Of a DNA stretch of 64,000 nucleotides, positions 14,886-28,156 are shown piece by piece (the stretch's first letter is position 1; the number at the start of each line of letters is the position of its first letter). This DNA is from Dictyostelium discoideum (lineage: Eukaryota): assembly GCA_000004695.1 (NCBI GenBank), contig CM000155.2, positions 224,001 to 288,000 of the forward strand, given 5' to 3'. Below the pieces are notes generated by a model that worked only from the letters and a program-made list of their open reading frames with translations, made no database searches and was not told the DNA's origin. The translations under genes and the position numbers were made by a program.

Positions 14886-15300
14886 TTAAAAAATCAAGAA
14901 AAAAAAATCTAATTCTAAAAAAGAATTACTAAATTTGGTTTATTTCCTAAAAATAAAAAAAAAAAAAAAAGATATTTTTAGAATTTTGTTTTGTTTGGAA
15001 TAAAAAAAAAAGTTCCATTTAAAAAAAAAGAATAAAAGAATTTTTTCAAAAATTAAATTATCAAAATTTCAACAGTGAGGAATTTTTTTTTTTTTTTTTT
15101 TTTTGCCTATATAAATTTTTTTTTTTTTTTTTTTTTCATTCATTATTTTAAATCCTTTCTTTGGGAAAATACCTATTATTTAACAACAAATTTATATATA
15201 TATTTTTTTTTTAAAAAAAAAAAAAAAAAAACTAAAAGTTAATTAAATAAATAAAAAAAAAAAAATATTTAAATTTCTAATTAATCATTATTTCTTTTTT

Positions 15301-15337
<37 letters not shown>

Positions 15338-15657
15338 CCATTTTTTTTTTAAAATTTTTTAAAATTTTTTTTTTTTTTTTTTAGTTCATTTTTTTTTTTG
15401 AAGCTACAAGCCTAAAGAGAAATCAAATCGTTTTTTATTCTTTTTCAATATTACAAAAAAAAAAAAAAAAAATAAATAAATAAAAAAAAAAGAACCTCAA
15501 AAGATTAAATTAGTTTTGGGAAATTAATAATATTTTTTAGAAAAAGAAAAAAAAAGATTTGATAAAACTTGACATTATATATATATATAAAATACTCATA
15601 TATATTAATAATTTACATTTTATATTAGTAGTAGTATTATTAAATATATAAATAGAT

Positions 15658-18499
15658 ATGTTTGGTGGTCAATTTGGTTCATTCGGTGCAAAACCAGCTG
15701 CAACTGCATCACCATTCGGTGCTCCATCCGCTGCACCAACAACTTCATTGTTTGGTTCAACAGCTCCATCATCAGGTAAGTTTTTTTTTTTAAAATAAAA
15801 AATCATAAAACAAATATATAAATTAAATATTAATACAAAGTTTCAATTTCAAATAATATTATTTTAGGATTTGGAGGATTTGGATCAACAGCACAGACAA
15901 CACAACCAACAACAGGTGGATTTGGAGGATTTGGTGGATTTGGAGGAGCAACAACTACACAGCAACCAGCAGCAAGTCCATTTGGTGGTGGAGGAACAGG
16001 TGGTAGTGGATTATTTGGATCATCAGCACAAACAACAACACAGCAACCAGGTGCAAGTCCATTTGGTGGTGGATTTGGTACAACTACTACAACAACTACA
16101 CAGCAACCAGGCGCAAGTCCATTTGGCGGAACAGGTGGTGGATTATTTGGATCATCAGCACAAACAACAACACAACAACAAGGTGCAAGTCCATTTGGTG
16201 GATTTGGAGGAGCAACTACAACACAACCATCATTATTATCAGGTGCCACTGGTGGTTTTGGTGGTTTTGGTGGTTCTACAACTTCAGGTACTCAATTAGG
16301 TGGTGGTGGTGGTGCAACAAGTGGTGCATTTGGTGGTTCATCAAGTCCATTTGGTGGTAGTGGTGGTGCAACCACATCAAGTCCATTTGGTGGTGGTGGT
16401 GGTAGTTTCGGAGCAACCACTCAAAAACAATATGGAACACCAATTCCATATCAACAAACTACAATTGAAGGTAATACATTCGTTTCAATCTCTGCTATGC
16501 CACAATATAACGATAGATCATTTGAGGAATTAAGATTTGAAGATATCACTCATAGAAAGGATATAGTTTATAAGACAGGTGGTGGCAGTGGTGGTGGTAA
16601 CTCATTGTTTGGTTCAACTCCAACCACTCAACCTTCATCACCATTTGGTGCACAAACAACAACTCAAACCACTGGAGGTTTATTCGGTGGTCAAACTACT
16701 ACCTCACCATTTGGTGGTCAAACTTCAGCCACTCCAGGTTCATCATTATTTGGTTCAACACAACCAACTCAACAACAAACTAGTGGTGGTTTATTTGGTT
16801 CAGTACAACCAACCCAACAACAAGCTGGTGGTGGTTTATTCGGTTCAATGCCAAGCACAGGTGGTTCATCATTATTTGGTTCAACACAACCAACTCAACA
16901 ACAAACTGGTGGTGGTTTGTTTGGTGCAACCCAATCAAATCAACCAACCAATTCATTGTTTGGTGCATCAGCACGCATCAGCACAACCAACACAATCATT
17001 ATTTGGTGGACAAACTCAAACAACCACTTCACCATTTGGTAGTCAAACCTCCACACCATTTGGTCAACCTCAACAAACTAATACTGGAAGTGGATTATTC
17101 GGTGCTCAACAAACTCAACAAACTAATACTGGAGGTGGATTATTCGGTGCCCAACCAACTCAACAAACTAGTGGTGGTGGATTATTCGGTACTCAACCAA
17201 CCTCTGGAACTGGGTTGTTTGGTACGTCACCAACAGCAGGAGGTACAGGTTTATTTGGCACAACACAACCAACATCCCAAGGTACAGGTTTATTTGGTAC
17301 AACACAACCAACAACTCAAGGTACCGGTTTATTTGGTACATCACCAACCTCTGGTACAGGTTTATTTGGTTCAACACCAACCTCTGGTACAGGTTTATTT
17401 GGCTCAACCCCAACATCTGGTACAGGTTTATTTGGTTCAGCTCAACCACCACAAAATCAACAATCTCAAACTTCACTCTTTGGTAATACAGGTACAGGTG
17501 CAACCAACACTGGCACTGGTCTATTTGGTTCAGCTCAACCATCATCAAACCCAGGTGGTGGTTTATTTGGTTCAGCACAACCATCAACTACTACAGGTGG
17601 TCTTTTCGGATCAAACCAACCAACAGCACAACCAACAACTTCATTATTTGGAAATACCACTGGTTCAGTTGGTGGTTTGGGTGCAACACCAAACATAACC
17701 AGTGGATTATTTGGTTCAAACCCAGCACAAACTGGTGGATTATTTGGTTCAACACAACCAACCACCCAAACTTCACTCTTTGGAAATACAGGATCAACTG
17801 GTGGTTTAGGTGCACAAAATGGTGGTGGATTATTTGGTAATCTTTCACAACCAACCGCAACTGCTGGTCAAGGATTATCAGGTGGATTATTTGGTAATCT
17901 TTCACAACCTACTGCAACCGCTGGTCAAGGTTTATCAAGTGGTGGATTGTTTGGTAATACATTATTAGGTCAACCAAGTACACAGGGTTTATCAAGTGCC
18001 CTTCCAACATTGGGTTTAGGTTTAATGGGAGGTCAACCACAACAAACTCAACAACTTCCACAAGGCTCATTGATGTTACAACAAACTCAACAACCACTTC
18101 AACAACAACCACTCCAACAACAACAACAACCACTCCAACAATCAACCATCCAATTAAATAATCAAATCAATTCCGCTTCACCTTATTTCCCAATTTCATC
18201 ACCAGCACCATTTGCAACATTTGTTAAGGATTTAACATCAACTTCAAAAGTTGTTTCACCACCATCTTACACTCAAAGATCCTTATCACATCATGGTTAT
18301 ATTCCAAAATCAACCACTAAATTAGTACCAAGAAGAGGCCCAAACAATGTAGATCTAGGTTTTTCAGTTATACAAAATCAAAATGGTTTATTCCCAATTG
18401 ATAAATTTATTACTAAACATTCAAAATCTTTAAATATTAATACTACAAATGAAACTGAAGATACTTTAAGATCATTAAATACAAAGAGTTCTTCATTAT

Positions 18500-18536
<37 letters not shown>

Positions 18537-19667
18537 TAGAAATGTTAATACAAATGTTAACGATTATCAAAATAATGGATTACCATCTTCTTCACTTTAT
18601 AATAGTAATATTAATCAATTAAGTAACAACAACAATAATAATAATAATATTTATAATAATAACAATAATAATAATATTAACAACAATAATAACAATAATA
18701 ATATTTCAACTCAATTTAATTTAAGAAATAATCAATCATCATCTGATAATCTTAATAATGATAAATCTTTATCATCCTCTTCATCAAATAAATCACAACA
18801 ACAACAACAAAAAGAACAAAAAGAAGAACAACCACCAAAACCAATTAAAGAAAAAGAATTTATAAATCCAAATGCACCAAAATTAACAAGAGATGGTTAT
18901 CAATGTGTCCCATCAATTAAAGAATTATCAAAGAAAACTGATAAGGAATTATCATCAGTTCAAGGTTTTACAATTTCAAGAGATGGTTGTGGTTCAATTT
19001 ATTTCCCTGGTTCAACAAATTTGGTTGCATTAGATTTAGATGATATCGTTGATATTGAACCAAGAGAAGTATCAGTTTATAAGGATGAAGAAACTAAACC
19101 AGAGATTGGATATGGTTTGAATCGTGATGCCGTTGTTACATTGGAGAATTGTTGGCCAAAGAATAAAAATGGTGAAGTAGTTAAAGAGGATGGTACCATT
19201 TTAGATAAATATGAAAATGCCTTAAAGAAAGTTTCTGCTAAATCTGATTGTGGTTTCGTTTCTTATTCAAGATCAAATGGTACTTGGGTATTCACTGTTA
19301 AACATTTTAGTAAATATTCAGCACCAGATTTTGATGAAGATGATCAACAAATGCAACAACAAACTCAACAAAAACAACAACAAACTCAACCATCAAAAGT
19401 TACATTTCAACAACCATCAACCAAATTGACTAAACCAAAATTCACAGCAAATCTCGATAATTTTGACTCTGATTCTGAAACAAGTTCAGGTGTAAGTATT
19501 TTAGATTTTATTTAAAAAAAAAAAAATCATTATTTACATTCTTGTACTTTGTATTCTCGTTACTATAATAACAATAAAATCAACAATAGTAATAATAATA
19601 ATAATAATTTCCCCCCGCGCAGTAATATTTTCAATAAACCCCCAAAAAAAAAAAAAAAAAAAAAAAA

Positions 19668-19737
<70 letters not shown>

Positions 19738-19880
19738 TTTTATAATATAATAATTTTTAAAATTTATAAATAAACACTCTTTTTTTTTTTAAAAAAAAAA
19801 AAAAATAAACCCTTCTTTTATTTTATTTCATATTTTTTTAATTTTATTTTTTTTTAATTATTTCAAATATATTAACAAAT

Positions 19881-19922
<42 letters not shown>

Positions 19923-22409
19923 GATGAAAATCAAGATGAAATGGTTCCACAAAAGAAAACACCATTTATTAAAAGAGTATCAAATAGAGAGTCAGGATTA
20001 TTTGATACACCATCAGTTGTACCAATGTCTGAAAAAATTGAAACAACACCATCAAAGATTGCAAGAGTATCGGAACCAACATCTCAATCGAGTAGAATGA
20101 GTAACAACGCATTAAAGTTTTCAACATTTAATCCACAACAACAACAACTACAATCATCAAGATTTAAATCTACTGGTTTATCAATCCTTTCAAATCCAGT
20201 TAAAAATTTGATTCAATCAGATGTTAACAATGAACAATCAATGTTTTCCAATACCACCACTACCAGTACCACTAGAATTCAACCATTACCATCACAACAA
20301 CACTTAGTACAACCAATACCGACTACAATTTCATTAAATAAAAATTATTTTTCAAAGGTTAGAATTGATCCACAAGTTTATGATCGTATTGTACCAAAAG
20401 AAGAATCAATTACCAATCAATATAGAATGAAAAATGAACGTTTAAATCATAGTACTCAAGATGTATCATTATTTATGAGAAGATCATTTAGAGTTGGTTG
20501 GGCACCTGGTGGTAAATTAATTTCAATCACAAAGAGCTCCTTTAAGAATTTATTGATTAAAAAGTTACCAACCGATACAAAGGAGGATAAAAAAGAATCA
20601 ATCATCAAATTCTTAAAGAATCATCATTCACATAGCAGTTTAGTACCAGAGAATTTGAAATCAATTGGTTGGTTCTCAATTTCAAATGTTCAAGAACAAA
20701 TTGAATCACAATTAACCCTAAATGTTCCATCAAGTCAATCGGTTTACTATAATAGAATTTGGAGTTTAATTTCAAATCTTTGGGGTAACGTTTTAAAAGG
20801 CAATGGTAGTAAATATATAAACACCAACTACTCTGAAGATACCATTAGAAAGTTAAATCTCAATCAATGGTTAAAGGATGTCATTGCTCCATTGCTTAGA
20901 GATGAAATGGATTCTCTTAGAAAAAAGACAAATTCAAATTATCTCGAACAAATTTTCTCTTATTTATCTGCTAAACAAATTAAAGAAGCCTCTGATTTAG
21001 CAAATGAAAATAAAGATTTTAGATTGGCAACTATGATGTCTCAAATTTGGTCTTCAAGTGAATCTGGTAAAGAGTTGATTTTAAAGCAATTAACAACCTA
21101 TCATTCAAATGGTTCCGATGAATTTATAAATGAGAAAAGATTAGAAATTTTACATTTAATTGCTGGTAGTGTTAATAAGATTTATAAGAATCTAAATGAT
21201 TGGATTAGATGTTTTGCTGTTAGTTTTTGGTTTAAATATTCTTTGGAATATAGTATTGAAGATTCAGTTGAAAATTTTGAAAGATCTTTCAATGCTCATA
21301 GATCAGTTTATCCATTACCACCTTATTTAATTAAATCAACCTCCACCAATAGTAAACAAATTGAAGAACAACAACATTATTATGATATTTGTTTCTTATT
21401 ATTAAAGTTATTTGCTGTAAATCGTGGTTCATCACATTTTGATAAGTTTAAGAATATTTTTTATCCAGAGAATATTGGTCAAGATTTATTGGATTATCAT
21501 TTATCTTGGAATTTATATACCGTTTTAAAATCAATTCCATCATTAAACAAACAACCAGATCTTGTAAATGCAAGTAACCTTCATAGTTCTTTTGCTTTAC
21601 AACTTGAAAGATTAGGTCTATGGCAATGGTCAATCTATGTTTTACTTCATACTCCAGACCAATCCAATCATGTTAGAGAAGAAGCTGTCAAATCATTGAT
21701 CGCTAGAGCTGCACCAGTTATTACATCAGAAGATAGAGTGTTCCTAACTACAAAATTACATATTCCAGAGATTTGGATCGATGAAGCTAAAGCATGGTAC
21801 TCTGGTTACGATTGTAATAATGATATTTATGATCAAATCGATGCTCTCTTCAAGTCATACCAATACACAAAGATTCACGATATCATTTTCTCAAATATTG
21901 GTCCAAACTATATCATTCAAAAGAGATATCATTCACTCAAAGATTTACTCATTAGATTGGAGCCTCACTCTTCTTTTATCTCCACTTGGAGATATGGTGG
22001 TTCCATCTTTTTAGAATTTGCCGATATTTGTATTCAATACAAAGAGATACTTTCTCAACTCTCCAATACTGCAGAGGAAATTCAACGTACCAAATATTAT
22101 GTTAACCTTAAAGATATTACCACTAGAATCGTTAATATCTTATCTGATATTTCAAAAATCACTCAATCCTCTGAAATTAAAAATACTAGCGCCTCATACA
22201 AACAATCTCTTTCATTTATGTCTGAAGCTCTCATCACTAAAGCTTCTCTTTTAAGAGATCTACCTGAAAGTATTGTAAAATTGGTTTCAACAAATAATTT
22301 AGTTTCAACTTTAAATTCTTTGCCATTAACTCAAGATTATAGATCTAAAAATTTAGAATCTTTAACTGATCAAATTCAAGATACTTTATTAAATTCAATT
22401 TATCAATAA
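15658..22409 (+). CDS. nup98: Nup98-Nup96 nucleoporin precursor with GLFG/FG repeats, GLEBS motif, Nup98 autoproteolytic domain and the Nup96 part. Exons 15658..15775, 15868..19491 and 19923..22409; exon 2 as given carries a +10-bp frameshift at ~16975.
   Basis: Exon 1 reads MFGGQFGSFGAKPAA...SLFGSTAPSS|g (donor GTAAGT at 15776). Exon 2 has dozens of GLFG/SLFG/PFG repeats; a GLEBS-like RSFEELRFEDITHRKDIV (~16515) matching human SLEELRLEDYQANRKG; the autoproteolytic domain ...GTWVFTVKHFSKY with the HF|SKY cleavage site (~19300); and donor GTAAGTAT at 19492. Exon 3 begins at acceptor (T)nAG 19922 (DENQDEMVPQKKTPF...) and is 822 aa of Nup96-like alpha-solenoid. Phases check out (phase-1 and phase-0 introns). 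Confidence 0.85.
16965..16984 (+). repeat. Perfect 10-bp tandem duplication (gcatcagcac x2) inside the nup98 FG-repeat exon, shifting the frame by +1
   Basis: ...ggtgcatcagcacgcatcagcacaacc.... The GLFG frame upstream is frame 0 (from 15868, including GLEBS). Downstream, the conserved GLFG + autoprotease + Nup96 frame is frame 1. Removing one 10-bp unit restores a continuous ...FGASAQPTQSLFGGQTQ... reading frame. Confidence 0.9.
19668..19737. repeat. (AAT)n microsatellite in the nup98-96 intron
   Basis: aataataata... about 23 units at 19668-19737, preceded by a poly(A) run. Confidence 0.9.
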
Positions 22410-22725
22410 AAAAAAAAATAAATAAATAAAAATTAAAATTAATTTTAAAAAAAAAAAAAAAAATTAATCAAATTTAAGTTATTATAAATTAAAGTCTTTT
22501 TTTTAAACTATAAAATAATTAATAATATTATTAATTTTTTTTTTTTCTTATAATTAATAGTATTATTAATTTTTAATAGAATAAAAAAAAAAGTAAAATA
22601 AACAAATTCAAAGATTTTTTTTTTTTTTATAAAATATATAGATTTATTTAAAAAAATTTTAAATTAAATTTAAAAAACATAAAATATATTTTGTAATGGA
22701 ATTGAAATTTAAAATTTCAAACTAT

Positions 22726-24655
22726 CTAATGGAAGAAAGCTAAGATGAAGAGTGAAAGGATAGCAACTACCAATTTAGACATTTCAATACTTGAAGCACT
22801 ATTACCTGCAGCTGGAGTTTCAGTAACATTAACAACTGGGATAGCTGGGATACAACCTGGTGGACAAGTGGCTGGTGGAGCAGTTGGTTGTTCAGTTGGT
22901 GGTGAAGTTTCTGGGAGATCTATTTGAAAAAAAAAAAAAAAAAAAGGATTAGTATGAAAAAAAAAAAAAATTTAGTAATAAAGTATTTGATTATAACTCC
23001 ACCTTTCGATGAAGAGGATGAGAGTTTGTTATTTTGTGAAGAAGATGAGGGAGATGAAGAAGATGATGGAGATGAAGAAGATGAAGAAGATGATGGAGAT
23101 GAAGAAGATGATGAAGAGATAGAAGTAGAAGATAAAGAAGAAATATTATTTAAAATTGGTTGTGAAGATGATATTGGTTTTATAGAAGTAATATTTGATT
23201 GTTGAATATAGGTTAAAGTATAATTATTTGTTGTGAAATTTTGAGTTATATTTAAAGAAGAAAGTGTATTGATGATTGTTGTAAAATTTTTTGGTGAAGA
23301 AATTGTAAAATTTAAAGTAAACATACTTGTTGATGGATTAGTTTCACAGACAGTATCGACATTGATATCAAAGAATGGATTTGTAAGAGCAGCATCAACA
23401 TAATTTAACCAGACAGAGAGACCAAAGTTACCATTTTTACCATTAGCACCTTTACCCCATTGGAGATACATATTATCTTGATCACCTGTAATTGTAACGA
23501 CAGTACCATCATTTCTAGTACATGATGAACCTGAAACATTAACGGTATAGTAAGCCCAAGTATTTGGATCAATTGAACCACCACCAGAAACGTAAGCAGA
23601 GTTCATTAATTCTAATTTTGGTTGGTAATTAGCAGATGGAAGGGCTGGGCTAAATCTTAAGTCACAGTTTACAGTGATTGATGAATCTGAAATTGAAGTG
23701 AAACCAGCACCAAGACGAAGGTTACCATTGGTTTGATCAATTGAAATGGTGTTGACAGTTCCTGAGGAGGTATCAAATCTTTGTTGATTACCGAAAACTG
23801 TTGAAACTTGATCGACGTAAAGAGCTTGATCGTTTTGTTGATCGGTTAAAGATTTATCAATTGAAGCTTTGGAGATTGTGTAGGTATTGGATACACAATC
23901 GAATGTTGAACTACAACCAAGATTGATGTTAATATCAACGACTTCCATTTCACCATTACCAGATTGAATACTTACTGAACCATCGGTAGCTTTGAATTGG
24001 AACCAACCAGAAGCACCATTTTGAAGATTTTTACCATTGGCACCAACACCAACTTGGAGAGCAGTATTTGGATTTTCAGACATTGTAACAACGGTATTTG
24101 GATTTGTTAAACTAACCATTTTAGTATTATCTGGAAGAATTTGATAGAAAGACCATGTACTTGGGTCAACTGTACCACCATTGGATGTATATGCACCAGC
24201 TTGTAACTCTCTCTTGACATCACTTGGAGTAGTAGTTCTAACGAAAGCAGCACGTAAACTAAATTTATCAGTGAGTGATGAATTGGCTGGTGTCAATGTA
24301 CCAGTTAAAACTAAATTATCCCCACCATTGCTTTGAACAACACCATTTGAAACGAAATTATAATTGTTGGCAATTTGAATTTGATTACCTAAATTATTAT
24401 TAAAGGTTAATGCATCACCACCAGTGGTTGGACCAAAAGTTGAATCAAGTTGTGCTGAACTTGCATCTATTTAAAATAATAAATAAAAAAAAAAAATAAA
24501 AAATAAAAAAAATTTTAATATATTTATTTTTTTTTTTATTTATTTATTATTATTAATTTTATATTATATTTTTAAAACTTACCATTAACTGTACACTGTG
24601 AATATGCTGATCCTGCTACAGTAAGAGCAACTAATAATACGGAAAGAACTCTCAT
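22726..24655 (-). CDS. Secreted, probably GPI-anchored cell-surface glycoprotein with an internally duplicated ~110-aa domain, a Ser-rich stalk and a Pro/Thr-rich segment. Exons 24655..24583 (signal peptide), 24466..23003 and 22919..22726.
   Basis: Exon 1 MRVLSVLLVALTVAGSAYSQCTVN|g, donor GTAAGT. Exon 2 starts after aaatag (24468/67) and has two paralogous modules (YTSNGGTVDPSTWSFYQ...VGVGANGKNLQNGASGWF... and YVSGGGSIDPNTWAYYT...WGKGANGKNGNFGLSVWL...), several N-x-S/T sites and (S)n/PSSSS repeats. Exon 3, missed by the ORF track, reads DLPETSPPTEQPTAPPATCPPGCIPAIPVVNVTETPAAGNSASSIEMSKLVVAILSLFILAFFH*, i.e. a Pro-rich stalk plus a hydrophobic GPI-type C-terminal signal. The exon 2/3 donor is a non-canonical g|gtggag, so that junction is uncertain. 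Confidence 0.65.
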
Positions 24656-25352
24656 ATTAAAAAATATATGTATATTATAATTGTGATAATTAAATTAAAC
24701 TATAATATAAATTTGAATTGATTTTTTTTTTTTTAAAATTATTTGTATATATAAATAAATAAATAAATAAATAAATTAAATATGTTTTTTTTTTTTTTTG
24801 TTTTTGTTTTTTTGTTTTTGTTTTGAATGATTAAAAAAAAAAAAAATTGTTTCTATTTATTCTTTTTTTTTTTTTTACCTCCTTTTTTTTTAATATTTTT
24901 TTATTAATTTTATATTTTATTAAAAAAAAGTTTTAAAAATTCCAATCATGGTAATTAAAAAATAAACTAAATTTGGAAAATAAATTTGAATAGAAAATAA
25001 TATTAATTATTCAAAAACACACCCCCAAAAAAAAAAATTTTTACTAAATTAAAAAAACTTTGCATATGAAGTGTTATTTTTTTTTTCTTTTTAAAGAAAA
25101 AAATTATAGGTTAAATTAGGTTTTGTGTGAATTTGGCATTTTTACTAATTTTATTATTTTTTTATTTTATTTTTTTATTTTAAATTCACTTTGAATATAT
25201 CCTAATTTGCAAATTTAATAAAAATATCACCAAACCACCAAAAATTAAAATAAAATTTATTTTATTTTAATTTTTTTTTATTTTTTTTTTTATTTTTTTC
25301 TTATAAAAAAGAAATGTGGTGTGTTTATTAAATCTTTTAAATATTTACTAAA

Positions 25353-25400
<48 letters not shown>

Positions 25401-25852
25401 TTTTTAAAAAAAAAAATAAAGAAAAAAAAAAAAAAAAATTTCCATAATTAAAATTTTAAAATGATTTAGTTTTATTATTTATTCATTTATTTAATTGTGA
25501 ACTACAATTAAAAAAAAAAAAAAAAAACTATTATTATTATTTTTTTATTTTTAAAAAAAATGAAATTTCAAAGTGACTGTCTACTCTTTTGTTTTGGGTT
25601 TTAAATCCCGAGATTTTTTTTTTTTTTTTTTTTTTTAAAATTAATTTTTTTACTGTTATTTTCCAAATTTTATTTTTATTTTATTTTATTTTATTTTTTT
25701 AAATTTTTTTTTTTTTTTTGATCAAAAACAATACTCTTTTTTTTTTTTTTGCAGTTTTTTTTTTTTTTTTTTTTTTTACATTTATTTTTAAAACCCATTT
25801 ATATATATTTTTTTTTTTTTTTTTTTATTATTTTTTTTAATTTGAAATTAAA

Positions 25853-26361
25853 ATGATTAAAAACAGAATGTGGAATAAAATTTCCATTATTTTAATTGTT
25901 TTAATATTATGTTTAATTGGAGTCGAATCAATTAGAATGGATAGACAACATCCAATAAAAAGTGCACCACCTGAAGCACCTTTTTCAATGGAAACTGCTT
26001 TCCAATTACTCATGGTAATATTTTTTAATATTTAAAAAAAAAAAAAAATAATTTTTTTTATGATTTTATAATTCCCAAAATTCCCAAATTGAATAATTAA
26101 ATAATTAATAATTAATAATTAATAATTAATAATTAATAAAATATTCAGTATTCATATTCAACTTATTGTGAACCAGATCAAATTACAAATTGGAATTGCC
26201 CATATTGTGCCTATAATAGTAGTGTTGTACCATTATCAATGGTTCAATTGATTGATCATGATCCAACCCAAACTTTTGGTTATATAGGTGTAACAGCTGA
26301 TAAAGAATCAAGTATGTACATACTAAATTATTATTATTATTTATTATTTATTATTTATAAT

Positions 26362-26452
<91 letters not shown>

Positions 26453-27072
26453 TATTAAAAATGAAATAAATTTTAGTTGTAATTTCATTTAGAGGAACAA
26501 ATATGGAATCATTAGAAAATTGGATTACAAATTTAAATTTTGCAAAAACCGAACCATATCCAGCATTTCCAGGTGCATTGGTACATGCAGGATTTAATAG
26601 AGCCTATCAATCAGTTAGACCAATTGTACATCAATTATTGAATTCAACTTTTGAAGCATGTCCAACTTGTAATAAATTAATTATGACAGGTCACTCGTTA
26701 GGTGGTGCCCTTAGTGTATTATCAGCATTGGATATTTATGAAAGTTCATTGACAACAATGCCATTGATTTTATATACTTATGGTTCACCAAGAATTGGTG
26801 ATGTTGCTTTCGTTGAATACTTTGAATCTACTATCATGCAAAATTACATTAGAATCGTGAATGACCATGATTTAGTACCACATTTACCTGCTATGGCTTG
26901 GAATTTTTATCATTTACCACAAGAGATTTGGTTCAATAATAAATCTGATGTCACTCAACATGTTGTTTGTAATGAATCTGGTGAAGATGAAAATTGTTCT
27001 GATTCAATTAAAATTGCATTAAATATTCCAGAACATCTTGAATATTTTGGTATAAACAAAAATCAATGTTAA
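25853..27072 (+). CDS. Secreted triacylglycerol lipase, class 3 (fungal Rhizomucor/Thermomyces-type). Exons 25853..26014, 26149..26311 and 26477..27072.
   Basis: Signal peptide MIKNRMWNKISIILIVLILCLIGV. The conserved YCEPDQITNWNCPYC, the nucleophile-elbow pentapeptide GHSLG (in TGHSLGGALSVL), NDHDLVPHLP and C-terminal YFGINKNQC align with the Rhizomucor miehei lipase (YCR...W.C..C / GHSLGGA / NERDIVPHLP / YFGINTGLC). Donors catg|gtaata (26015) and a|gtatgt (26312); acceptors attcag| (26148) and ttttag| (26476); phases 0 and 1 are consistent. Confidence 0.85.
26361..26452. repeat. (TTTA)n simple repeat in lipase intron 2
   Basis: tttatttatttattta... about 22 units. Confidence 0.9.
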
Positions 27073-28156
27073 AAAAAAAAAAAAAAGAAAAAAAAAAAAA
27101 TTACCTATAATTATAACCGAATAAATATTATTTTTTATTATTTTTATTTTTATTTTTATTTTTATTTTTTCCAATGAAAATAATTCCCACACACTCATTT
27201 TTTTTTTTTTTTATTTTTTTTTTTTTTCACATTAACTAAACAAGATTTGTTTTTTTTTAAACGAGGGCCTATTGAATAATAAAAAATTTAAAAAAATAAA
27301 AAAAAAAAAAGATTAATTTTTTATGGTAATTTTTTGGTTTACTAATAAACACGCAATATATAAAAAAAAAAAAATAAAAAAAAATAAAAAAAAAATAAAA
27401 AAAAAAAAAAAAATAAAAATAAAAAAAAAAAAAATAAAATAAAAAAATAGTTTTTGCGAAACTATTTTTCTTTTAATTAAATAAATTATTTTATCACTAT
27501 TATTGCGTGTGCTTGTCGAATAAAATTTTATTTTTTATTTTAATTTTTTATTTTATTTTAAACTACCACCCATGTTTTTTTTTTTTTAATTTTAATTATT
27601 TTTTTTATTTTTTTATTAATTTAACTTCCATTCTTAATATACATAATTTGACAGCTTTGCATAAAATAACAAATCAATTTATATGAAATTATTTCATGAA
27701 AAATTATAACCTCCCAAATTTATAAAAAAAAAAAAAAAAACTTATAAAATCTCTGTAGTTTTTTTTTTTATTTATTTATTTATTTATTTATTTAAATTTA
27801 TATTTTTTTTTTTAAAAAAAAAAAAAAAAAATAAAAAACAATAAAAACCATTTAAATACATTTAAAAAAAAAAAAAAAAAAACTTTTTATTTATTTTTGA
27901 AGTTAATCTAATTTATCTTTTATTTTTAAAAACATAATTTGTAATATTACATTAATTCTATTATTTATTTTATTTAATTATTTATTATTTAACATAAAAA
28001 AAAAAAAATAATAATAATAATAAAAATAATAATAATAAAAACAATAAAATTATTTAATAAAAATAATAATAATAATAATAAAATAATAATAATAGTATTA
28101 AATGTTCATTATTAATATAAAATTCAAATCATAAAAACACATTATAATTTAAAACA

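Noticed and set aside
15871-17765. Alternative-frame ORFs across the nup98 FG-repeat exon (15871..16299, 16300..16533, 17003..17698, 17168..17587, 17535..17765)
   Set aside because: The GLFG-encoding DNA is open in several frames. Only frame 0 (to ~16975) and frame 1 (after) give FG repeats contiguous with the GLEBS and APD domains.
22745-22927. Plus-strand ORF MKSERIATTNLDISIL...
   Set aside because: It is the exact antisense of the Pro-rich stalk / GPI-signal exon of the minus-strand secreted protein, which explains the locally high GC content.
22924-23205. Plus-strand acidic ORF (EEDE/GDEE-rich)
   Set aside because: Antisense of the poly-Ser stalk codons (TCT/TCA read as AGA/TGA-free GAA/GAT).
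25853-27072. Possible horizontal origin of the fungal-type secreted lipase
   Set aside because: Class-3 lipases of this type are widespread in eukaryotes, and the gene has typical host introns and composition. There is no sequence-level evidence for recent transfer.
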